Program-made: the position numbers and the translations under genes
DNA from: a virus
Lineage: Duplodnaviria > Heunggongvirae > Uroviricota > Caudoviricetes
Reading direction: 5' to 3' (one strand)
Virus record (IMG/VR): IMGVR_UViG_2778261231_000002
Location: 1-45,127 of that record
Length of the DNA stretch: 45,127 nt
The notes under the pieces: generated by a model
The model's database searches: none
What the model was told of the DNA's origin: nothing
The model's input: only the letters and a program-made list of their open reading frames with translations
Shown here: positions 8,948 to 18,132 of the stretch, in pieces
Position numbering within the stretch: the first letter of the stretch is position 1
How the letters are laid out: every line of letters starts with the position of its first letter

Positions 8948-9776
8948 AGTATTTTACCTGTCGAAGAGTGAACCTGTTGAACAGGAGCGAAGAGTGGCTG
9001 ATATCGATGATGGTTACACCAGATTCGCTAACGAGCTGCTGGAAGCTATCGCAAGTGCTGATTTAACCGCTCGCCAGTTGAAAGTTATGCTGGCCTACGT
9101 CCGGAAAACATATGGATTCAATAAGAAAACAGATCGAATAGCCGATGAGCAAATTGCTCAGTTAACAGGACTGTCAAGGCAGAATGTTAACAAGGCTAAA
9201 AAAGAACTGATTTCAATGAATTGCCTGTTTATGGATGGAAATCAAATCGGTGTAAACAGTGAGGTATCTGCGTGGCAATTCAGCAAGTGTCTCCAAGTTA
9301 GCAACTTTGTCTCGAAGTTAGAGACAAAAAATGTCTCCAAATTAGAGACACTCAATGTCTCGAAGTTAGAGACACACAAAAGACATTCTTTAAAGACAAA
9401 AGAAAATATTAATAAACCCCCTATATCCCCCAAAAAAGTTTCTCAGAAGTTCGACCCGCTAGAAACAGAGTTGCCTGATTGGTTATCAGCAGAAACATGG
9501 TTGTCGTTGGTTACCTATCGCAAGGAGATAGGTAAGTCGATCAAGTCTAAGCAAAGTGTCACTCAGGCTATCAACGTTCTAAGCAGAAGTCTGGAGAAGG
9601 GATATACACCTGAAGAAATTATAAACCAGAGCATCGCCAGTGGTTGGCAGGGGATTTTTGAACCCAAGACTCCAAAGGGGAAATCTCAACCGAGGCCGCA
9701 GCAGCGAGCTATGCAGGAAAACTTTGCCGCCAAAGATTACGGGCAAACTGAAATGCCTTCATGGGCGCAGGAGTGA
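8934..9776 (+). CDS. O: replication initiation protein O-like
   Basis: GGAGG RBS before ATG 8934; iterons inside gene; precedes helicase loader. Confidence 0.75.
   Translation: MSLAEVFYLSKSEPVEQERRVADIDDGYTRFANELLEAIASADLTARQLKVMLAYVRKTYGFNKKTDRIADEQIAQLTGLSRQNVNKAKKELISMNCLFMDGNQIGVNSEVSAWQFSKCLQVSNFVSKLETKNVSKLETLNVSKLETHKRHSLKTKENINKPPISPKKVSQKFDPLETELPDWLSAETWLSLVTYRKEIGKSIKSKQSVTQAINVLSRSLEKGYTPEEIINQSIASGWQGIFEPKTPKGKSQPRPQQRAMQENFAAKDYGQTEMPSWAQE
9287..9420. repeat. origin of replication: four ~19-bp iterons plus AT-rich tract
   Basis: TGTCTCGAAGTTAGAGACA at 9308 and 9356, TGTCTCCAAATTAGAGACA at 9332, degenerate copy at 9287; AT-rich 9375-9420. Confidence 0.7.
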
Positions 9777-9778
9777 AT

Positions 9779-10672
9779 ATGAATACGACAAATGGTTACA
9801 ATCTGGCACTGCAAAGGCAACTTGTAGACTCAAAAATCAATGACATTTCTGATCTGAAACAGAAACTTGAGTTTAGCAAAATTGGATCAGCATCAGATGG
9901 AATGTCAGTTACCAGCACAGTGGAAGAGTGCGAGAAACACGGTAAATATACTTCCTATGAGAAATATATGACCATCTCAGGAAAAAGAATTACTTCAAGT
10001 AAATCTGAGTGCCCACAGTGCCTTGAGGAGAAAATTCGTAAGAAAGAGATTGAACGTGAGCAGGCAGAACAAAGAGCAAGACAATCAAAAATTGAATATT
10101 TGTTGAATTCTCTCAATATTCCAGAGAGGTTCAAAAATTGCACTCTTCAGAATTATGAGCCTGTTAACGATGATGCAAAGCGAGTTCTTAAGGTATGCCA
10201 GGCATATGCCAGTAAGTGGCCTGAACGCCTTCAGAAAGGTGGCGGACTGGTCATGTGTGGTAAGCCTGGAACTGGAAAGAACCACCTTGCACTGGCTATC
10301 GCTAGGCACGCCATTATCGAGCATCAAAGCTCTGTGATATTTACCACTGCGTTGAAAATTGCCAGAGAGTACAAATCAACATGGTCTAAGGCCGCAACCA
10401 GAACTGAAGAAGAAGTCATTAGGCAATTTACGCATCCTGACTTGTTAATAATCGATGAGGTTGGCGTGCAGTTCGGCAGTGATGCTGAAAAGCTAATCAT
10501 GTTCGAAATTATCAACACCAGATATGAATACATGAAGCCAACAATCCTGATTAGTAATCAGAGCAAAGATGAACTTTCGGCATTCATTGGTGAGCGTGTT
10601 ATTGACAGGATGAATGATGGCGGCGGATGCACCCTTGCGTTTACATGGGATAGTTACAGGAGCAGATCGTGA
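9779..10672 (+). CDS. DnaC-like helicase loader (IstB-type ATPase)
   Basis: Walker A GKPGTGKNHLA, Walker B LLIIDEVG; N-terminal Cys-x-x-Cys pair. Confidence 0.8.
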   Translation: MNTTNGYNLALQRQLVDSKINDISDLKQKLEFSKIGSASDGMSVTSTVEECEKHGKYTSYEKYMTISGKRITSSKSECPQCLEEKIRKKEIEREQAEQRARQSKIEYLLNSLNIPERFKNCTLQNYEPVNDDAKRVLKVCQAYASKWPERLQKGGGLVMCGKPGTGKNHLALAIARHAIIEHQSSVIFTTALKIAREYKSTWSKAATRTEEEVIRQFTHPDLLIIDEVGVQFGSDAEKLIMFEIINTRYEYMKPTILISNQSKDELSAFIGERVIDRMNDGGGCTLAFTWDSYRSRS

Positions 10673-10959
10673 CTGGAAAAGAAATCATCCTGGAATATCT
10701 GAAAACTCATGAACAATTCTCCCCACATGAATTAGCACTGATTACCGGAATACCAAATAACAGAATCGCTCAAGCAGCAAGGCATATGGTGAAACAAGGG
10801 CATTTGAGTGTTGTTGAGCGTAAGTGGAAGACGGTTATTTATGCAAAACGCAAAGTGAAGAAGGAGCCAATTAAAAGAAATCCAGATGGTACGGGGTGGG
10901 GATGTGCAAATCCAATGACGGCGTTTATTAATAGGGCGCTTATGGAGGTAAGGCAATGA
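10669..10959 (+). CDS. hypothetical protein
   Basis: 96-aa ORF, start overlaps upstream stop. Confidence 0.4.
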   Translation: MTGKEIILEYLKTHEQFSPHELALITGIPNNRIAQAARHMVKQGHLSVVERKWKTVIYAKRKVKKEPIKRNPDGTGWGCANPMTAFINRALMEVRQ

Positions 10960-11045
10960 CCATCTACATCACTGAGCTAATAACAGGCCTGCTGGTAATC
11001 GCAGGCCTTTTTATTTGGGGGAGAGGGAATTGGAGGCTTTAAGAA

Positions 11046-11261
11046 ATGAGTACGATAGCTGAGCTTGTCAGGGCTAATTTTCGTGAAGAGTTGGTGCGTT
11101 GGTATCGGTATCGTTCATCGTCCAGTTTGCCGATTGATGAGTTGTATGAGCATTCACCTGCTGCACGACGCTATCCGCGTGACCGCGTTCTTCGCCGGTT
11201 GGTTAAAATCTATACTGATTTTCATTGTGACAGAATTATCCGAATCCTGGATTTAAAGTGA
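11046..11261 (+). CDS. hypothetical protein
   Basis: 71-aa ORF in nin-region orientation. Confidence 0.35.
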   Translation: MSTIAELVRANFREELVRWYRYRSSSSLPIDELYEHSPAARRYPRDRVLRRLVKIYTDFHCDRIIRILDLK

Positions 11262-11265
11262 AGGA

Positions 11266-11478
11266 GTGAGCATGACAAATCAGGAGCAAATAGAGTTCAT
11301 CCTTGAGCAGATCCGAAAAATGCGAGAAAAGAACCAGCCAGACATGATGGAAATATGGAGACGCCAGCAGGAAGAATACCGCAAGCATATTTTTGGTGAG
11401 AGAAAACAGGATGACTGGAGCCTATATGGCTATGGCACCAGGACAAATAAAAACGGATATAGCCTTTACACATATTGA
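11266..11478 (+). CDS. hypothetical protein
   Basis: 70-aa ORF. Confidence 0.35.
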   Translation: MSMTNQEQIEFILEQIRKMREKNQPDMMEIWRRQQEEYRKHIFGERKQDDWSLYGYGTRTNKNGYSLYTY

Positions 11479-11486
11479 GGAATTCC

Positions 11487-11897
11487 ATGAAACAGACAAT
11501 TTTCCTCAGGAGTAAGCAACAACAGCAAGCCGCAATCACCGCCATCCTCGCAACACCACTCGATAAAGACAAGCCAGTTACCATCCGCATTACTGACTAC
11601 AAGCGCAACCTTGACCAGAACGCAAAATTTCACGCGATGCTGGCGGATATCGCAAGTCAGGTTCAATGGTGCGGCAAATGGTTAAAACCAGAACAATGGA
11701 AGGTTTTGTTGATAAGCGGTCATGCAGTGGCAACAAAGCAGGAAGCTGATGTTTTGCCCGGGCTTGAAGGCGAATACGTCAACATTCGCGAAAGTAGCGC
11801 GCAGATGAGCGTGAAGCGCATGGCAAGCCTGATTGAGTACACGACAGCATGGGCTATTGGTCAGGGTGTCAGATTTACCGACAGGAGGTACGAATGA
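11487..11897 (+). CDS. ninB: NinB (Orf recombination protein)
   Basis: Strong resemblance to lambda NinB; GAGGA RBS before ATG 11487. Confidence 0.8.
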   Translation: MKQTIFLRSKQQQQAAITAILATPLDKDKPVTIRITDYKRNLDQNAKFHAMLADIASQVQWCGKWLKPEQWKVLLISGHAVATKQEADVLPGLEGEYVNIRESSAQMSVKRMASLIEYTTAWAIGQGVRFTDRRYE

Positions 11898-12076
11898 GAC
11901 GACAGCGACGAAGCATCACCGACATAATCTGTGAAAACTGCAAATACCTTCCAACGAAGCGCTCCAGAAATAAACGCAAGCCAATCCCAAAAGAATCTGA
12001 CGTAAAAACCTTCAACTACACGGCTCACCTGTGGGATATCCGGTGGCTTAGAGAACGTGCGAGGAAAACAAGGTGA
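11894..12076 (+). CDS. ninE: NinE
   Basis: [29 protein letters not shown] matches lambda NinE; ATGA overlap with ninB. Confidence 0.75.
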   Translation: MRRQRRSITDIICENCKYLPTKRSRNKRKPIPKESDVKTFNYTAHLWDIRWLRERARKTR

Positions 12077-12243
12077 TTGACCAAAATCGAAGTTACGAAC
12101 AAGAAAGCGTCGAGCGAGCTTTAACGTGCGCTAACTGCGGCCAGAAGCTGCATGTGCTGGAAGTTCACGTGTGCTCCGATTGCTGCGCAGAACTGATGAG
12201 CGATCCGAATAGCTCAATGTACGAGGAAGAAGACGATGAGTGA
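12073..12243 (+). CDS. ninF: NinF
   Basis: GTG-start [37 protein letters not shown], not in track; resembles lambda NinF. Confidence 0.6.
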   Translation: MIDQNRSYEQESVERALTCANCGQKLHVLEVHVCSDCCAELMSDPNSSMYEEEDDE

Positions 12244-12961
12244 GTTAATAAATGGCAACGCCATCAAAATGACAAGCATTGAAATCGCTGAGTTGGTAGA
12301 AAGCCGCCATAGCAATGTAAAAGTATCCATAGATAGATTGGTGAAACGTGGCGTTATCAAGCCTCCTGCATTGCAGCACACTAACATAATCAATGATTTA
12401 GGTGTTATTACCGGGAAGCGTTATTTCTACGTCTTCGAGGGCGAACAAGGAAAGCGAGACAGCATTATTGTCGTCGCCCAATTGTCGCCAGAGTTCACCG
12501 CTCGCCTTGTTGACCGCTGGAGAGAGCTTGAAGAAGCTGCGGTTAATATCCCCAAAACGCTACCGGAAGCGTTGCGCCTTGCTGCTGATCTTGCTGAGCA
12601 GAAAATGCAACTGGAAAACCAGCTCGCAATTGCCGCACCTAAAGTTGAGTTTGCCGATCGCGTTGGCGAGGCCAGCGGAATTTTGATTGGAAACTTTGCA
12701 AAGGTTGTCGGTATTGGTCCAAACAAACTGTTTGCGTGGATGCGCGATCACAAAATCCTTATTGCTTCAGGTTCCCGGCGCAATGTGCCAATGCAGGAAT
12801 ATATGGATCGCGGCTATTTCACAGTGAAAGAAACAGCGGTCAACACAAATCACGGAATACAGATATCGTTCACCACAAAAATCACCGGGCGTGGCCAACA
12901 GTGGCTGACCAGAAAGCTGCTCGATAACGGAATGCTGAAAGTAACAGGGGAGGCTGCTTAA
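12236..12961 (+). CDS. antirepressor-like protein (Rha-type N-terminus, KilAC-type C-terminus)
   Basis: 241-aa ORF with regulatory-protein-like domains. Confidence 0.55.
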   Translation: MSELINGNAIKMTSIEIAELVESRHSNVKVSIDRLVKRGVIKPPALQHTNIINDLGVITGKRYFYVFEGEQGKRDSIIVVAQLSPEFTARLVDRWRELEEAAVNIPKTLPEALRLAADLAEQKMQLENQLAIAAPKVEFADRVGEASGILIGNFAKVVGIGPNKLFAWMRDHKILIASGSRRNVPMQEYMDRGYFTVKETAVNTNHGIQISFTTKITGRGQQWLTRKLLDNGMLKVTGEAA

Positions 12962-13251
12962 TGGCTAACCTACGCAAAGAAGCGCGCAACAGAGAATGCC
13001 AGGTACGTATTTACGGTGTATGCAATGGTAATCCTGAAACTACAGTTCTGGCACATTACCGGATGGCTGGAATTTGCGGAACGGGAATGAAGCCTGACGA
13101 CCTGATCGGCGCATGGGCTTGTAGTGACTGCCACGCGGAGATCGACCGACGCACAATGATTCTCGACAACAAAGACGCCAGACTTTACCACCTCGAAGGC
13201 GTGATCAGAACGCAGGCGATACTGCTGAGGGAGGGGAAGATTAAGTCATGA
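12961..13251 (+). CDS. nin-region Cys-rich protein
   Basis: CxxC...CSDCH pattern; position between antirepressor and rusA. Confidence 0.45.
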   Translation: MANLRKEARNRECQVRIYGVCNGNPETTVLAHYRMAGICGTGMKPDDLIGAWACSDCHAEIDRRTMILDNKDARLYHLEGVIRTQAILLREGKIKS

Positions 13252-13610
13252 ACGAATATCAGTTTGTGCTTCCATACCCGCCGTCGGTGAATACCTACTG
13301 GCGAAGACGGGGAAGCCAATACTACATCAGCGATAAAGGCCAGAAATACCGAAAAGACGTTCAGCAAATCATCCGCCAACTTAAGTTAGACATTTTCACC
13401 AAATCACGACTCCGCATCAAAGTCATCGCAGACGTTCCAGACTCCCGCCGCCGCGACCTCGATAACATCCTGAAAGGTTTACTCGATTCCCTTATCCACG
13501 CCGGATTTGCGGAAGACGACGAGCAATTCGATGACATTCGCGTAATTCGTGGTGTGAAAGTACCAGGCGGACGGCTTGGAATAAAAATCACCGAACTGGA
13601 GAACGCATGA
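13248..13610 (+). CDS. rusA: Holliday junction resolvase RusA
   Basis: YPPSVNTYW and acidic catalytic residues typical of RusA. Confidence 0.85.
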   Translation: MNEYQFVLPYPPSVNTYWRRRGSQYYISDKGQKYRKDVQQIIRQLKLDIFTKSRLRIKVIADVPDSRRRDLDNILKGLLDSLIHAGFAEDDEQFDDIRVIRGVKVPGGRLGIKITELENA

Positions 13611-13795
13611 ACGCCACAATTCAAACGATACCAGAGCTTCTTATCCAGACACGAGGCAATCAGACCGAAGTGGCGAGGATGCTTTCCTGCGCAAGAGGAA
13701 CAGTGCTCAAGTACAACCGAGACAGCAAAGGCGAGCGTCACGTAATAGTTAACGGCGTCCTGATGGTCAAACAAGGCAAGAGGGGAAGACGATGA
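13607..13795 (+). CDS. ninH: NinH
   Basis: GNQTEVARML.C.RGTV.KY matches lambda NinH. Confidence 0.7.
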   Translation: MNATIQTIPELLIQTRGNQTEVARMLSCARGTVLKYNRDSKGERHVIVNGVLMVKQGKRGRR

Positions 13796-14280
13796 GCATA
13801 AGAGAACTAAACCTCACCAAAGAGCAGCACGAGTGGCTGAATGGCTGGCTTGAACTGTGGGGCGCATGGGTTTATTCAGGTCGTCTGGAAAAGCGCATGA
13901 GCAGCGTAATAGCGAAGTTCATGGAGAGCGTAGAGCCGGGAAGAATTATGACAAGGCCAATGTGTAATGATGATGATGGAATGTTGATTTCTCAGGTCGT
14001 CGATTCCGTCATGTGCATTGACAAGAAAGCCTTTGGCATCCTCCTCAGCTACTACGCTCATGGATCTTCCAAGCATGCCATTGCATCTTACTATCATCGT
14101 GTCGCAAGACCTCGCAAGATGTTATGCCGGGGCGGCGGGCGTATTCAAAAACCATCGCTCGCAACCTGTCGCCGGGAAGTTGACGAAATCCTCAATGCTT
14201 CGTTGTTTATGATTTACCCAGTTCTGGATAGTGCGTTTAAAAACCGGAAACGTGTAGAGAAAATTAAACATGTAGCATAG
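13792..14280 (+). CDS. Q: late antiterminator Q-like
   Basis: Position after ninH and before tRNAs/lysis; size 162 aa. Confidence 0.55.
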   Translation: MSIRELNLTKEQHEWLNGWLELWGAWVYSGRLEKRMSSVIAKFMESVEPGRIMTRPMCNDDDGMLISQVVDSVMCIDKKAFGILLSYYAHGSSKHAIASYYHRVARPRKMLCRGGGRIQKPSLATCRREVDEILNASLFMIYPVLDSAFKNRKRVEKIKHVA

Positions 14281-14371
14281 AACGTGTTGACATCATTGAG
14301 CAAATGAGCAACACTATTCGCATAAGCTGCCGTTAGTGACTCTTAAGTTGCAACGGTGGATTTTTTTATTT

Positions 14372-14446
14372 GGGTCAGTCGTATAAAGGTCATTACGGAA
14401 GGCTGTTAACCTTCTTATCGTGGTTCGAGTCCACGCTGTCCCGCCA
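14372..14446 (+). tRNA. tRNA-Asn (anticodon GTT), one acceptor mismatch
   Basis: Hand-folded cloverleaf: loop CTGTTAA, T-loop GGTTCGAGTCC, CCA end. Confidence 0.5.
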
Positions 14447-14451
14447 AACAT

Positions 14452-14527
14452 GCTGGTTTAGCTCCAATGGTAGAGCGGTCGCCTTGTAAGCGAATGGGTA
14501 GCGGTTCAAGTCCGTTAACCAGCACCA
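14452..14527 (+). tRNA. tRNA-Thr (anticodon TGT)
   Basis: 76-nt cloverleaf folded by hand: acceptor GCTGGTT/AACCAGC, D-stem GCTC/GAGC, loop CTTGTAA, CCA. Confidence 0.6.
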
Positions 14528-14769
14528 TAACTGAGCCGTAGCCACTGGCTATCCTGAATTCATCAGTGATAGTTACGCTGCGGCCTTCTACACATGATCT
14601 TCGTGAAAGCGGGCGGCATGAGGTTGCGCTAACAACCTCCTGCCGTTTTGCCCGTGCATATCGGTCACGAGCAAATCTGATTACTAAACACAGTAGCCTG
14701 GATTTGTTCTATCAGTAATCGACCTTATTCCTAATTAAATAGAGCAAATCCCCTTATTGGGGGTAAGAC

Positions 14770-15093
14770 ATGAAGATGCCAGAAAAACATGACCTGTTAG
14801 CCGCCATTCTCGCGGCAAAGGAACAAGGCATCGGGGCAATCCTTGCGTTTGCAATGGCGTACCTTCGCGGCAGATATAATGGCGGTGCGTTTACAAAAAC
14901 AGTAATCGACGCAACGATGTGCGCCATTATCGCCTGGTTCATTCGTGACCTTCTCGACTTCGCCGGACTAAGTAGCAATCTCGCTTATATAACGAGCGTG
15001 TTCATCGGCTACATCGGTACTGACTCGATTGGTTCGCTTATCAAACGCTTCGCTGCTAAAAAAGCCGGAGTAGAAGATGGTGGAAATCAATAA
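14770..15093 (+). CDS. S: holin S (dual start Met1/Met3)
   Basis: Near-identical to lambda S holin by recall ([20 protein letters not shown]...). Confidence 0.95.
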   Translation: MKMPEKHDLLAAILAAKEQGIGAILAFAMAYLRGRYNGGAFTKTVIDATMCAIIAWFIRDLLDFAGLSSNLAYITSVFIGYIGTDSIGSLIKRFAAKKAGVEDGGNQ

Positions 15094-15553
15094 TCAACGT
15101 AAGGCGTTCCTCGATATGCTGGCGTGGTCAGAGGGGACTGATAACGGACGTCAGAAAACCAGAAATCATGGTTATGACGTCATTGTAGGCGGAGAGCTAT
15201 TCACTGATTACTCAGATCACCCTCGCAAACTTGTCACGCTAAACCCCAAACTCAAATCAACAGCTGCAGGCCGTTACCAGCTTCTTTCCCGTTGGTGGGA
15301 TGCCTATCGTAAGCAGCTTGGCCTGAAAGATTTCTCTCCCAAAAGCCAGGACGCTGTGGCATTGCAGCAGATTAAAGAGCGTGGCGCTTTACCGATGATT
15401 GATCGCGGTGATATCCGTCAGGCAATCGACCGTTGCAGCAATATCTGGGCTTCGTTGCCCGGGGCTGGTTATGGCCAGTTCGAGCATAAGGCTGACAGCC
15501 TGATTGCAAAATTCAAAGAGGCTGGCGGAACGGTCAGAGAGATTGAGGTATGA
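15077..15553 (+). CDS. R: endolysin R (lytic transglycosylase)
   Basis: Near-identical to lambda R by recall. Confidence 0.95.
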   Translation: MVEINNQRKAFLDMLAWSEGTDNGRQKTRNHGYDVIVGGELFTDYSDHPRKLVTLNPKLKSTAAGRYQLLSRWWDAYRKQLGLKDFSPKSQDAVALQQIKERGALPMIDRGDIRQAIDRCSNIWASLPGAGYGQFEHKADSLIAKFKEAGGTVREIEV

Positions 15554-15987
15554 GCAGAGTAACCGCGATTATCTCCGCTCTGGTTATCTGCATCATCGTC
15601 TGCCTGTCATGGGCTGTTAATCATTACCGTGATAACGCCATTACCTACAAAGAGCAGCGCAATAAAGCCACATCCATCATCGCTGATATGCAGAAGCGTC
15701 AACGTGATGTAGCAGAACTCGACGCCAGATACACAAAGGAGCTTGCTGATGCTAACGCGACTATCGAAAGCCTCCGTGCTGATGTTTCTGCTGGGCGTAA
15801 GCGCCTGCAAGTCGCCGCCACCTGTGCAAAGTCAACGACCGGAGCCAGCAGCATGGGCGATGGAGAAAGCCCAAGACTTACAGCAGATGCTGAACTCAAT
15901 TATTACCGTCTCCGAAGTGGAATCGACAAGATAACCGCGCAGGTTAACTACCTGCAGGAATACATCAGGACGCAATGCCTGAAATAA
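15550..15987 (+). CDS. Rz: i-spanin Rz
   Basis: N-terminal [36 protein letters not shown] as lambda Rz. Confidence 0.9.
   Translation: MSRVTAIISALVICIIVCLSWAVNHYRDNAITYKEQRNKATSIIADMQKRQRDVAELDARYTKELADANATIESLRADVSAGRKRLQVAATCAKSTTGASSMGDGESPRLTADAELNYYRLRSGIDKITAQVNYLQEYIRTQCLK
15749..15934 (+). CDS. Rz1: o-spanin Rz1 (lipoprotein embedded in Rz, +1 frame)
   Basis: Lipobox LLGVSAC and Pro-rich segment. Confidence 0.8.
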   Translation: MLTRLSKASVLMFLLGVSACKSPPPVQSQRPEPAAWAMEKAQDLQQMLNSIITVSEVESTR

Positions 15988-16008
15988 TTTTTTTGCAAAT
16001 CACAAAGT

Positions 16009-16030
16009 CAATTTAATGAGCCTCGCGATG
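16009..16030 (+). terminator. rho-independent terminator after lysis cassette
   Basis: Stem GCCTCGC/GCGGGGC then TTTTT. Confidence 0.55.
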
Positions 16031-16037
16031 CGGGGCT

Positions 16038-16062
16038 TTTTGCAATAAATGCGTACCGCAAC
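16038..16062 (+). terminator. second tandem terminator
   Basis: Stem ATGCGT/ACGCAT then GTTTTTT. Confidence 0.55.
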
Positions 16063-16188
16063 GCATGTTTTTTACACCGAACCTGCCCCTTTGGAATGGG
16101 CCTTTGAGGATACCAGTTAGTGCTGGCGAGCCTCGGTGGGCTGGTTTCCTGTGCGGCAAAGGTTCATTTCAAAGAGTAGGTACACGCT

Positions 16189-16686
16189 ATGAAATCATTA
16201 ACCCTCTTCAATCAACCAATTCGTATCGGTGAAGATGGCATGATCTGCCTCACTGATATGTGGAAAGCCAGTGGTAAAAGTGAATCTGAATCGCCTTACC
16301 ACTACCTGCGAAACAAGCAGACCAAAGAGTTCTTAGCCGAGCTGGAGAAAAACCACGAATCTGTGGTTTTTACTGAGCGCGGTGTACACGGTGGAACATA
16401 TGGCGGGAAGTTTGTTGCTTACGATTATGCGGCTTGGTTAAACCCCGGGTTCAAGTACGCGGCCTATAAAGTCCTCGATGACTACTTCACCGGAGAACTT
16501 CAGCATCGCAACAGCTTAAGTGCGCAGCTCAACATGAAATGTCATGAGTTTGACCAGAAGAAAGACATGGCGAGTTTCTGCGGACAAGGGCTGGCGGCAT
16601 GGCGCTATACGAAGCCAGTGTTGGTCGCTGAGATTAACTCCCTGGCTAACCAGCTGCAGATTACGATCCCCGGGCTTCCGGGATGA
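16189..16686 (+). CDS. KilA-N domain protein
   Basis: N-terminal pattern resembles KilA-N DNA-binding domain. Confidence 0.5.
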   Translation: MKSLTLFNQPIRIGEDGMICLTDMWKASGKSESESPYHYLRNKQTKEFLAELEKNHESVVFTERGVHGGTYGGKFVAYDYAAWLNPGFKYAAYKVLDDYFTGELQHRNSLSAQLNMKCHEFDQKKDMASFCGQGLAAWRYTKPVLVAEINSLANQLQITIPGLPG

Positions 16687-16946
16687 GTGATCGTGTCATT
16701 GAATGCGCCTCCAGAGCGGGGCGCGACTTCTCAGAGTTCATGAAAGGCGAGAAGGGCATGATGGAAGCATTGGCCTCGGTGGATGAGTTTGGCGAGCAGC
16801 TGCGCCTCAACGGCTGTGTCAATCATCACTTTGTTAGCTACATGATGCGGAACTCGATCATGCAGGCATTCATGGACATGGCAAAAGCCGAGAGGAAAGA
16901 AGAGCGCCGACGTCAGCGAGCGGAAGCAAAAGCAAAAGCGAAGTAG
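16683..16946 (+). CDS. hypothetical protein
   Basis: 87-aa ORF, Lys/Arg/Glu-rich C-terminus. Confidence 0.4.
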   Translation: MSDRVIECASRAGRDFSEFMKGEKGMMEALASVDEFGEQLRLNGCVNHHFVSYMMRNSIMQAFMDMAKAERKEERRRQRAEAKAKAK

Positions 16947-17004
16947 CCATCACAAAAGCCATTCCTTACTGAGTGGCTTCGATAATGGAGCACTGGGATT
17001 ATTC

Positions 17005-17625
17005 ATGAACAGACCACACCCACCAGCGCATTTTACGATGCCACCTGACCCGAAGCCTTACATCAGCATAATGCCCGCTAATGACGTTGGCGAGTGGCTG
17101 AATCAGCACATCCTGAGCGATGAGGGTGACCTCTACAACCATGACCACCAGCATTTGCTTGAAGCGGATCTGTGCTTTCTCTGGGCATCGAACGCTTTCG
17201 AGAAGAAAGGGCGTTCCGTGCTGGGGCAGGCGGAAGAAGTGGCAATGCGGGCCGGAGGCTGGCAGAAAGCGCGGATGGAGCAGCAGATGTATGAATGGTT
17301 CGGCAGGGTGCCGCAGTTCATCATCACGCTGGCCGCCGATTACTGCTCGCAATGTTCCGATCTGGAATTCTGCGCGCTGATAGAGCACGAGCTTTATCAC
17401 ATCTGCCAAGCGACAGATGAATTTGGTGCGCCGAAGTTCACGCAGGAAGGGCAGCCAAAGCTGAAGCTGCGCGGCCATGACGTGGAAGAGTTTGTGGGCG
17501 TGGTTCGCCGTTACGGTGCGAGCCGGGACGTGCAGGAAATGATTGATGCGGCGAATCAGCCAGCGGAGGTTGCTCATCTCGATATTGCCAGAGCGTGCGG
17601 GACGTGCATGCTGCGACTGGCTTAA
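17005..17625 (+). CDS. putative phage metallopeptidase (HExxH)
   Basis: IEHELYHI motif; upstream of terminase. Confidence 0.5.
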   Translation: MNRPHPPAHFTMPPDPKPYISIMPANDVGEWLNQHILSDEGDLYNHDHQHLLEADLCFLWASNAFEKKGRSVLGQAEEVAMRAGGWQKARMEQQMYEWFGRVPQFIITLAADYCSQCSDLEFCALIEHELYHICQATDEFGAPKFTQEGQPKLKLRGHDVEEFVGVVRRYGASRDVQEMIDAANQPAEVAHLDIARACGTCMLRLA

Positions 17626-17656
17626 ATACTGGACTGTATAAGACGAATGGTGATTT

Positions 17657-18130
17657 ATGGCTGCATTAAAACCTGATGTGAAAGCCTTCATCATTCAGTC
17701 GCTTGCGTGCTATGACACGCCATCGCAGGTGGTCGAGGCTGTCCAAAAAGAATTCGGGATCAAGATCACCCGCCAGCAGGCTGAATCTCACGACCCCACG
17801 AAGGCCAGCGGTAAGACGCTCGCCAAAAAGTGGATCGAGATGTTCCACGCGACGCGCGAACGGTTCCTGACCGAAACCAGCGACATTCCGATAGCGAACA
17901 AATCCTATCGCCTCCGCGTGCTTGACCGCATGGCAACCAAAACCGAGGGGATGAAAAACTTCTCCCTGACGGCGCAGCTTATCGAACAGGCCGCGAAAGA
18001 GGTTGGCGACGCTTACACCAATAAGCTGAAGGTTGAGAGCACTGGCAAGGATGGCGGCCCGATCAAGACCGAGACGACCAACCTCACCGCAGATCAGGCC
18101 GCAGAGATTTACCGCAAGATGATGGGGTGA
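17657..18130 (+). CDS. putative terminase small subunit
   Basis: 157-aa ORF immediately upstream of and overlapping terL start. Confidence 0.5.
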   Translation: MAALKPDVKAFIIQSLACYDTPSQVVEAVQKEFGIKITRQQAESHDPTKASGKTLAKKWIEMFHATRERFLTETSDIPIANKSYRLRVLDRMATKTEGMKNFSLTAQLIEQAAKEVGDAYTNKLKVESTGKDGGPIKTETTNLTADQAAEIYRKMMG

Positions 18131-18132
18131 TC

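Noticed and set aside
9242-9433. 63-aa minus-strand ORF
   Set aside because: Lies across the ori iterons inside O; repeat-driven ORF.
16999-17694. 231-aa minus-strand ORF
   Set aside because: Antisense to the HExxH gene in a plus-strand operon; Arg/His/Leu-rich as expected for reverse frame of GC-rich coding DNA; no RBS.
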